Positions 26,708 through 32,812 of a DNA stretch of 32,812 nucleotides are shown here, piece after piece. Position numbers and translations under genes: made by a program. Under the pieces are notes generated by a model. The model was not told the DNA's origin. It worked only from the letters and a program-made list of their open reading frames with translations, and did no database searches. Origin of the DNA: a virus (taxonomy: Duplodnaviria; Caudoviricetes); the IMG/VR virus record IMGVR_UViG_3300036772_000245, positions 1 through 32,812 of that record. One strand, given 5' to 3'. How positions within the stretch are numbered: position 1 is the stretch's first letter; each line of letters begins with the position of its first letter.

Positions 26708-27322
26708 TTAAACCATCAACACTGCTCGTGCTTTGTTATAGCGAGCTTTGCGGTCATCGATACCGTTCTGTCCACCGTTAATAATCTGCGTAACACGGAC
26801 TACGTCGCCGGAATAAAGCAGGCAGCCACGCAGGGTGTAATACCAGGCTGCTGAACGTGCAGCATGTCGCTCCTGCTCGAGGAGTTCAGGTGTGCTGATA
26901 AGGTCAAGCTTCAACGCGATACCGCATTTTGTGTAATTTTCACGGCCAGTGATTTGAATCAGTCCGCGTCCGCGATATTTCCAGCCATCACCCGCTTCTT
27001 TATTACCCATGCGACTGCCATAAACCAGATTGGCAATCTGTGGCTGGTGAGCTGCCTGAGTCGTGGTACGCCCGAGCATTTCGCACTGATAAGGTGTCAG
27101 GCGATTACCGAAGGTTTTCTTCAGACCATCCACGGAATAGTTGAAGCTTTCCACCAGCGTGCTGAAGCCAGATGACTCATGCCCAACCTGCGCAATAAAC
27201 ATCGACTGGTCAATAGGTGACGTAATGCCAAATTCTGTCATTGCTGCATCGATGTGCTGAAACCAGCGCGCAGCTAATCCGGCGCTGATACCAGCCGCCA
27301 TTTGAAATTGTTGTTGATTCAT
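26708..27322 (-). CDS. endolysin, glycoside hydrolase family 19
   Basis: FIAQVGHES, YRGRGLIQITGRENY, TQIINGGQNG. Confidence 0.95.
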   Translation of the reverse strand: MNQQQFQMAAGISAGLAARWFQHIDAAMTEFGITSPIDQSMFIAQVGHESSGFSTLVESFNYSVDGLKKTFGNRLTPYQCEMLGRTTTQAAHQPQIANLVYGSRMGNKEAGDGWKYRGRGLIQITGRENYTKCGIALKLDLISTPELLEQERHAARSAAWYYTLRGCLLYSGDVVRVTQIINGGQNGIDDRKARYNKARAVLMV

Positions 27323-27603
27323 CAGAGCCTCAGAGCATCAACCAGCCGGGCAAGGTTCCCTCGGGAACGCAGCACAACAGCGCAGATAATGAGATTGACG
27401 ACCACCACCAGCCAGTGTGATTCGCTGTAGAGGCCGCAAAGGTAACGGAACGGGACACTGGCATAAGCCAGAACAGCAAGATAAGCCAGCCATGACACCC
27501 ATGGGCGGTGCCTGGCTCCTTTCTTGCGATAGAACATCAGAACGCCGACTATCACTACGCAGATAACAACGTTAACAGTCGCTATTGGGTCACTTGTTAC
27601 CAT
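27322..27603 (-). CDS. holin-family membrane protein (3 TM)
   Basis: Three hydrophobic helices, RSRGNLARL tail; coupled to the endolysin. Confidence 0.8.
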   Translation of the reverse strand: MVTSDPIATVNVVICVVIVGVLMFYRKKGARHRPWVSWLAYLAVLAYASVPFRYLCGLYSESHWLVVVVNLIICAVVLRSRGNLARLVDALRL

Positions 27604-27970
27604 TTGTTCCCCCTCGGAATCGCGAGAACACTCCTGCTAAATCCTGGTTAAAAACGAATGTTAGGATCTTGATTGCCAACGCAGAAATGAATACCGCACC
27701 TAGCGCATCAAGTGGCTTATCGCTATATCCGGTCAATACCGCCAGTTTTGAACCGACCAGGCCTGCGCCTAGTACCCCAGCGATGTAAGAAACGAGAAAG
27801 TAAGCAACGCGGCGGGGTGTAGTCAGGTCTGCCGCAGTAGCAATGTAGTAGACGGCACCTGCAAAAGCGCCAAACACAACGCCGTAATCAAGACCAGACA
27901 GAATCCCGAAGAACGTGACACCAGTTAATGCAATGGCTGCCCCGGTACCAGATATTGGATCAGCGGCCAT
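27590..27970 (-). CDS. putative holin/antiholin membrane protein
   Basis: MAADPISG..., VVFGAFAGAVYY; several TM helices; first lysis gene. Confidence 0.8.
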   Translation of the reverse strand: MAADPISGTGAAIALTGVTFFGILSGLDYGVVFGAFAGAVYYIATAADLTTPRRVAYFLVSYIAGVLGAGLVGSKLAVLTGYSDKPLDALGAVFISALAIKILTFVFNQDLAGVFSRFRGGTNGNK

Positions 27971-28084
27971 CAAGCCCCCCTCTTTTGCTGTGCATCCTCT
28001 CAACATGAGGGGAATAAAAATCCCTTTCGGGCAGTGTTATAACTCTTTGTCTAAGGCACCTTTTCAGATGCCTTTTGCAGAGAA

Positions 28085-28240
28085 CTATTTTTCTTTTTTG
28101 ATAACCGGCCAGAGCAATGCAACAACTCCAGTTACCAGAACGCCGTCTGCCAGCATTGACATGAATCGCCCGGTGAAGTCGATCGCCACCACCAGAAAAA
28201 GGAGAATGGCGACTATCAGTATGCGGGCCTTGTTAATCAA
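28085..28240 (-). CDS. small two-helix membrane protein (DUF3927-like)
   Basis: (M)INKARILIVAILLFLVVAIDFTGRFMSMLADGVLV...; TTG start overlaps the TerB-like stop. Confidence 0.65.
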   Translation of the reverse strand: MINKARILIVAILLFLVVAIDFTGRFMSMLADGVLVTGVVALLWPVIKKEK

Positions 28241-28664
28241 GGTAGGTTTCCAGGCGCAGCCCAAGGCGGTTGGCGATTTCGTCCAGCACCTTCTTCTCTT
28301 GCTCCTCGATGTTTCCATCAGCTTCAGCAATGGCAATCGCCGTCACCAAAACATCTTCCGCTTCGCGCTGATCACCTTTGCAGTCTTCAATTTCTCGATA
28401 AGCGGCCAGGCGACCTACTTTATAGTTGGCTTCCAACTGCCCGATGATTGTCGCGCTGATACCCTGAATTTCAGAAGTGAATGCACCCAGAACTGGGTTA
28501 GCACGCAACACCTGATCAACAGCGGCCTTTTCCACATTTGAGCAATCACCATCAGCGTACGCTACCAACCATGCCGCATTGATAACGGCCTGTGCCAAAT
28601 CGCGCTTCTCAAACTTCTTAACTTCAGCAACTGCTTTACGTGCTTTTTTACCAAAACCGAACAT
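28233..28664 (-). CDS. TerB-family protein
   Basis: Two copies of the A-x-ADG...E motif (VAYADGDCSNVEK; IAEADGNIEEQEK). Confidence 0.85.
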   Translation of the reverse strand: MFGFGKKARKAVAEVKKFEKRDLAQAVINAAWLVAYADGDCSNVEKAAVDQVLRANPVLGAFTSEIQGISATIIGQLEANYKVGRLAAYREIEDCKGDQREAEDVLVTAIAIAEADGNIEEQEKKVLDEIANRLGLRLETYLD

Positions 28665-28680
28665 AGTGACTTCCTTTAGT

Positions 28681-28785
28681 GGTGAGCCTTACGCTCAGAG
28701 TGGACAGCCCGCAGACGAGGTCACACTGACCACTGCTAAGGCTCACCCTGAAAGACTCTGCGGTTTAATGCGCCGAGCGTGGCGC
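28681..28785 (-). ncRNA. candidate structured cis-regulatory leader RNA of the TerB-like gene
   Basis: 11-bp perfect stem GGTGAGCCTTA/TAAGGCTCACC; 7-bp crossing pair CCGCAGA/TCTGCGG; hairpins GGTCA/TGACC and GCGCC/GGCGC. Confidence 0.45.
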
Positions 28786-28792
28786 GGATATG

Positions 28793-28818
28793 AAAAAGCC
28801 CCAGCGAATGCCGAGGCC
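28793..28818 (-). terminator. Rho-independent terminator
   Basis: GGCCTCGGC-attc-GCTGGGGCTTTTT. Confidence 0.7.
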
Positions 28819-28867
28819 TGTAATTTTTTTTGCCGCTATAGGTGTCGCGGCGCACCATCGTATTTTT

Positions 28868-29003
28868 TTAGGCTGTTTGATGCGTTAATCGGGTCGCCAG
28901 TCCAAACTCAGTGATGCTTCACGCCACCTTTCCCTCACTACGTCGCCGTGGGAACCCGACCGCCATGTACGCCGTCGTCGCGCAGCCTGAACTAAAACAG
29001 GCT
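28868..29003 (-). ncRNA. candidate multibranched ncRNA
   Basis: Nested pairs AGGCTG/CAGCCT, GCGT/ACGC, TCGGGT/ACCCGA, TTCCC/GGGAA in a GC-rich interval with no convincing ORF. Confidence 0.4.
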
Positions 29004-29042
29004 CTGAATTTACGGCCTATCCGCTTTGCTACTTCATTTCCA

Positions 29043-29077
29043 ACCTCCAGAAACGCAAAAACCCGCCGGAGCGGGTT
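29043..29077 (-). terminator. terminator plus RBS module (repeat copy 2)
   Basis: AACCCGC-tccg-GCGGGTTTTTGCGTTTCTGGAGG. Confidence 0.75.
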
Positions 29078-29095
29078 CAGGTGGCGTTATTCTAA

Positions 29096-29410
29096 CTACT
29101 TACACTTCACAGAACGCAGAGACTCAAGCTGAGTTAGACGTTCCTGAGCTTTTTTAGTTGCTTCGGATTTGGCCATGCCATTACCGATACCAAAATCACC
29201 AAGGAAGCCAAGAACCGTGCGACCGTCAAAATCACCAGTACGCTGTATTTCTTGCTGAACGCTATGAGCTTTTGCAATTTCCTGATCCAAGGCTTTGCAA
29301 TCGAAGGAAGTCGCTTCTTCGTTCGTTACAGCTGGTGCCTGCGGATATTGTTTAGTCGCACACCCAGAGAGAATTAAAACACCAAATGCTATCAATGCTG
29401 CCTTTTTCAT
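29096..29410 (-). CDS. moron lipoprotein
   Basis: MKKAALIAFGVLILSG-C lipobox; flanked by terminators; glycine-rich LGFLGDFGIGNG. Confidence 0.8.
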   Translation of the reverse strand: MKKAALIAFGVLILSGCATKQYPQAPAVTNEEATSFDCKALDQEIAKAHSVQQEIQRTGDFDGRTVLGFLGDFGIGNGMAKSEATKKAQERLTQLESLRSVKCK

Positions 29411-29472
29411 CTTAAATTCCATTAAGTTGTAATCGGAATTATCTTAACATCAGGTTTTTGGTAGCGACTATC

Positions 29473-29502
29473 AAAAAAGACAAAACCCGCCGAGGCGGGT
29501 TT
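29473..29502 (-). terminator. tR' terminator
   Basis: AAACCCGCC-tc-GGCGGGTTTTGTCTTTTTT, ~30 nt after pR' +1. Confidence 0.8.
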
Positions 29503-29523
29503 ATTAACGTTAGACATACAAAG

Positions 29524-29567
29524 CCCATCGTTAGAGAAATCCTAACCAGTTTTTTTGAACTTTGCAA
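29524..29567 (-). promoter_or_regulatory. late promoter pR' with sigma70 pause element
   Basis: -35 TTGCAA (29562-29567), 17 bp, -10 TAGGAT (29539-29544); transcript starts AACGATGGG as at lambda pR'. Confidence 0.85.
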
Positions 29568-29599
29568 GCAACGTGTCGTTATAATTCATGATTACGTTG

Positions 29600-30358
29600 C
29601 TATCTTGTGACTTTGCGCAATTGAGCCTCTGCAAATGCTTCTTCCTGCCAGCATTTGGTTACCAGGCGGTTGATGATATCTGCGTATCCGCTATACCACT
29701 GATAGTTCGTCAGGTCCGGAACAAGCTTTTCCACCACTGCGCGTGCCATAGTTGTTGGCACACGGCTATAGCGGTTTCCATTGCATCGGCCACACACCTT
29801 CATAACCGGTACGCCATGCAGACGGGTGCGTTTCTCATCGAGCACTGAGCCTTTCCCTTTACAGCCACGGCAAGCAGTACTCACCTCACCTTTACCATTA
29901 CAGTGGTGACATATCTCCTCGACAACTTCAGGTTTAATATGCGCCTCAACACCTTTTACACCTGGATGTTTAACCACATCACGTACTGAACGATGTAGCC
30001 CAGTCCCAACACAATGCTCACACATGGCTTTGCTGGCCGCCGAACGTGAGTAATCAGCGAATGCGAATCGAGCCAGGCACGGCACAATTTCACTACGGGC
30101 TTCATCACTAAGTTTTTTCAGTACGGGATTGTTAAGTGCCATCGCGTAATTTACCAGCCCTTCAATAGCCGGTTCCGGAGGTTGAATCCCCATCTTTGCC
30201 AGGAACAAATTAAAGCCCAATGGCGCTTTTGACTGCACCATCCCCTGAGCTGCCATAACATCAGTAATAGTCAATGCATCACCACCAGTGGCAGGGGAAA
30301 CATCATTCAGCTTTGGTGATTTTGGGGAATAGAATTTTGGTAATGATTCCAGGTTCAT
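29600..30358 (-). CDS. Q: late antitermination protein Q (zinc-finger type)
   Basis: LTITDVMAAQGM, DYSRSAAS, repeated CxxCxGxG; directly upstream of pR'. Confidence 0.9.
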   Translation of the reverse strand: MNLESLPKFYSPKSPKLNDVSPATGGDALTITDVMAAQGMVQSKAPLGFNLFLAKMGIQPPEPAIEGLVNYAMALNNPVLKKLSDEARSEIVPCLARFAFADYSRSAASKAMCEHCVGTGLHRSVRDVVKHPGVKGVEAHIKPEVVEEICHHCNGKGEVSTACRGCKGKGSVLDEKRTRLHGVPVMKVCGRCNGNRYSRVPTTMARAVVEKLVPDLTNYQWYSGYADIINRLVTKCWQEEAFAEAQLRKVTR

Positions 30359-30370
30359 AGCAGTCTCCAC

Positions 30371-31360
30371 TTACGCCAGCACGCCAATCGCCAGCGAACG
30401 ATCTAATGTTTTCAGCACCAGCTCAGGCTGGGTACCGTATTTTTTTTCAAATGCCGTTACGTCCGCATGAAGCTCGTCGTGATGCCTTCTGCACAAAGGG
30501 ATCACAAACAAGTCATGCGCTTTGGTACCCATACCACCCTGTCCGTAGCCAATGAGGTGGTGCGGATCGTCAGCAGCGTTGTTACAGCAAACACACTTCT
30601 GGGCTTTTACCCAGCGGGTGTATTTCGGTGACTCCCAGCGGCGGCGCTTTGGCCTCAGCATGTGCGATTCAGGGCTGTCCGGATCAACTTTAAGCGACAG
30701 AACTTTTTTCACTTTCTCCTGCACAATGCTGGTGGCTGGTAACTCATGGACGATGTCGCATTCACGACTCACTGACGGGATAACATCTTGCGGCATACGG
30801 AGCGCACGCCGAGCCATACCTTCAGGTAGCGAGCCAACAACATCCATCTTCGTCGCCCACCAGCACAGCTCTGGCAATGTCAGCACATGACTTTCGTCAA
30901 AGCCAAGCGTTGCCCGCGCTCTGTCAATTATCCACGCCACCACGTTAGCCGTTGCCAATGTAGAAAGCTGCTCGGTGTAGTGGTCACGCAGCTGGTTATC
31001 ACAACCCCAGCAAAGACGTAATGCGCCTGGGTGGAATCGCGTCGTAATCAGTTCGTGATGGTGATAGTCGGAGTGTGGCCACTGGCATTGTTTACCCTGT
31101 CGCATCAGCCAGGCTTCAAGCCCATTCAGGCCACCAGCAACTTCAGCCACTTTCTCGTTAGTGAAAAACGGCAGCAGTACCGGATCATCACCAAGCGCCT
31201 GACGCGCTGCGGGTAGTTCTCCGGATGCCACATCTGAGAGATATTCCGGGGCGTGGTCGATAATGACCCGATCCCCAAACAGAGAAAGCAATTCAGTACC
31301 AGGCCTGAATATCACCATGCCCAGTTCACGAACAACCACGGGTTTCAGCAGCGCTCTCAT
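30371..31360 (-). CDS. ydfU: DUF968/YdfU-family protein with C-terminal HNH-like domain
   Basis: MRALLKP, LTLPELCWW, CVCC...DDPHHLIG...PLCRRHHDELH. Confidence 0.85.
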   Translation of the reverse strand: MRALLKPVVVRELGMVIFRPGTELLSLFGDRVIIDHAPEYLSDVASGELPAARQALGDDPVLLPFFTNEKVAEVAGGLNGLEAWLMRQGKQCQWPHSDYHHHELITTRFHPGALRLCWGCDNQLRDHYTEQLSTLATANVVAWIIDRARATLGFDESHVLTLPELCWWATKMDVVGSLPEGMARRALRMPQDVIPSVSRECDIVHELPATSIVQEKVKKVLSLKVDPDSPESHMLRPKRRRWESPKYTRWVKAQKCVCCNNAADDPHHLIGYGQGGMGTKAHDLFVIPLCRRHHDELHADVTAFEKKYGTQPELVLKTLDRSLAIGVLA

Positions 31361-32070
31361 ATTGATGCGCCATTTTGCAGGTGCTCAGCCCACAAGCCTG
31401 CTACCCACTTAACTCCTTTCGGTGTAAAGCGTGCCTGAGTGAATGCGTGATTGCTGACTTCGCTGGTGCCAGTTTTCACAGTGAAGCGCCCTGCCTCAAT
31501 ATGCTGACTGTAAGGCATCATGCCGCCCGATAGCCGGTACATGATCTTACTCTTTTCAAGGAAAGTGCGGAGCTGATACTCCTTTGCATTGAGCAACTTT
31601 GCCAACTGGCGAAAGCCCAGAGCGCCGTTTGCTTCAACATAGTGATCGACAAACTCAGCTTTTGGTGCAGCAATGAGTAACTGGTTTTCGAGGTAAAGCT
31701 TTTGCTCTGCAAGGTCAGCTGCCAGGCGCAACGCTTCTGGTAAGGACTGCGGAACCACTCCGCCCTGCTCGAGTTCTTGCCAGCGATCAACTACTGCAGC
31801 TGTAAACTCCGGTGACAAGCGAGCCACCAGCACCAATGAATCACGTTTATTGAAGCGATACTCCTGGTAGGTGTTGCCGTTATGCTCAAAATCGAACTGC
31901 GCCAACGGCGCGGTTAAAACTCCGACAGCAACAAGTCGTTCTGCTGAGCGTTTAACGTCGCCATGTTTGCTATTTACCAGTGCGGAGATCTCACGGCTGG
32001 ACATTGTTGGCCCTGATGCCATCAGATGATGCTTTGCACATAACTGTGTACTGCTGAATGTCTGTTGCAT
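31357..32070 (-). CDS. phage antirepressor (Rha-type N-terminus plus KilAC/ANT C-terminus)
   Basis: TMSSREIS...HGDVKR; PQSLPEALRLAAD; APKAEFVD; FTPKGVKW. Confidence 0.85.
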   Translation of the reverse strand: MQQTFSSTQLCAKHHLMASGPTMSSREISALVNSKHGDVKRSAERLVAVGVLTAPLAQFDFEHNGNTYQEYRFNKRDSLVLVARLSPEFTAAVVDRWQELEQGGVVPQSLPEALRLAADLAEQKLYLENQLLIAAPKAEFVDHYVEANGALGFRQLAKLLNAKEYQLRTFLEKSKIMYRLSGGMMPYSQHIEAGRFTVKTGTSEVSNHAFTQARFTPKGVKWVAGLWAEHLQNGASI

Positions 32071-32084
32071 ACGTTCTCCACTAT

Positions 32085-32459
32085 TCAATGACCGGCGGCT
32101 GCACCCGTTACGGTCTCATTGATAAATTCTTCCTCTGACTGATAACGGCTCAGAAGAGACAGCGCCCGCTCAGCACACCCAACATTGCAGGCAAGCAGAT
32201 CTCGAATAACACCTAACGCTTCGTCACGTTGCTGAGCTGGCGTATCCATTCCGATGATCTGAATACCACGGGCTTTATATTTAGTGATGCTGATAGCCCC
32301 TTTACGTTCCAGCGCCTTCAGATGTTCGGCAGCAGCGTTCGGTGAACTCAGGTTCATCTGGTCGGCAATCTCTTGGCATGTTGGTGGATAACCGTTCTGA
32401 TCCTGAAAGGCTGTAAGTAATGCCAGCACTTCCTGCTGGCGTGGAGTCAGTTCGATCAT
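32085..32459 (-). CDS. LexA DNA-binding-domain protein lacking peptidase domain
   Basis: LTPRQQEVL...GYPPTCQEIA...SPNAAAEHLKALERKG; 124 aa. Confidence 0.85.
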   Translation of the reverse strand: MIELTPRQQEVLALLTAFQDQNGYPPTCQEIADQMNLSSPNAAAEHLKALERKGAISITKYKARGIQIIGMDTPAQQRDEALGVIRDLLACNVGCAERALSLLSRYQSEEEFINETVTGAAAGH

Positions 32460-32812
32460 GCGGCATCCTCCTGCTGGTCCCTGTACTCACTGAGATGGGC
32501 ACGGATATGGCGAATATTGTTCAGTGATTTGAGGTCCATCGAGTCCAGAGCACGCAAGAATGCTTCAAGGCCGAGGCCATTTTCATACTCACCCTCTTCA
32601 GCAAACACGCATTCAAGACGCTCAATTACGGCCTTCGATGCTCCGCCCTCTAATTGCTTTTGTGCCAACCAGTCTTTAAGCCCTTTGCTTGCCTGATGTT
32701 CTTTAATGATCCGTTGGGCGCGAGCGATCGTGGATTTACTGACCGTGACGAATTCAGGTTTATCAATAGAATCAGATGCCCAGGTGTGTGCGTACTTGGA
32801 CTGATTGAAGGT
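32456..32812 (-). CDS. 3' end of a longer nin-region ORF (partial, runs off window)
   Basis: Frame is open from the window edge (TFNQSKYAHTW...) to EDAA*; ATGA overlap with the next gene. Confidence 0.6.
   Translation of the reverse strand, partial: TFNQSKYAHTWASDSIDKPEFVTVSKSTIARAQRIIKEHQASKGLKDWLAQKQLEGGASKAVIERLECVFAEEGEYENGLGLEAFLRALDSMDLKSLNNIRHIRAHLSEYRDQQEDAA

Larger units (their letters stand above)
127..32812. mobile_element. lambdoid siphovirus-type prophage (left part; continues beyond window)
   Basis: Contiguous Q-lysis-packaging-head-tail gene set on the minus strand, with att-like sites at the left end. Confidence 0.95.

Noticed and set aside
5187-27788. Numerous plus-strand and off-frame ORFs overlapping structural genes (e.g. 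21265-21798, 21911-22339, 23483-24100, 26339-26854)
   Set aside because: Shadow frames of well-supported minus-strand genes
28681-28765. Canonical HDV-like ribozyme or yybP-ykoY riboswitch
   Set aside because: Helix order is loosely HDV-like, but the L3 loop, P4 and J4/2 consensus are absent; no yybP-ykoY conserved loops
28868-29003. tRNA gene or retron msr-msd
   Set aside because: No T-loop/CCA cloverleaf, and no reverse transcriptase in the window
28579-29132. Plus-strand ORFs 28579-28914 and 28911-29132
   Set aside because: No RBS or recognisable motifs; antisense to the late operon and crossing terminators
1-32812. CRISPR array or IS element
   Set aside because: No regularly spaced repeats and no transposase ORF seen

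Overview
This window holds the left ~33 kb of a lambdoid (HK97-type head, long non-contractile tail) temperate prophage of an Enterobacterales host, mostly on the minus strand. At the left edge are a displaced 3' fragment of icd (1-139, an e14/phage 21-type att), a membrane-anchored HEPN-motif gene, and a second att-like tmRNA 3' fragment (956-983). An SOS cargo block follows: LexA-boxed dinI-like gene, SRAP/yedK and a wrecked umuDC. The rest, reading leftward from the right end, is nin-region genes (LexA DNA-binding-domain-only protein, Rha/KilAC antirepressor, DUF968), antiterminator Q and a lambda-like pR'/tR', morons, two candidate structured RNAs, a TerB-like gene, the lysis cassette, two glycosyltransferase genes, HNH, TerS/TerL, a protease-capsid fusion placed before the portal, head-tail and tail genes with a G-T frameshift, tape measure, tail tip and a beta-helix tailspike. 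The best candidate for an undescribed system is the pair of soluble glycosyltransferases (about three GT-A domains) wired into the late packaging operon. Both the major capsid and tail tube end in a C-terminal Thr-Ser, which suggests virion glycosylation as reported for mycobacteriophages, here in an enterobacterial phage. All product calls come from motif recognition and synteny; no database search was run.
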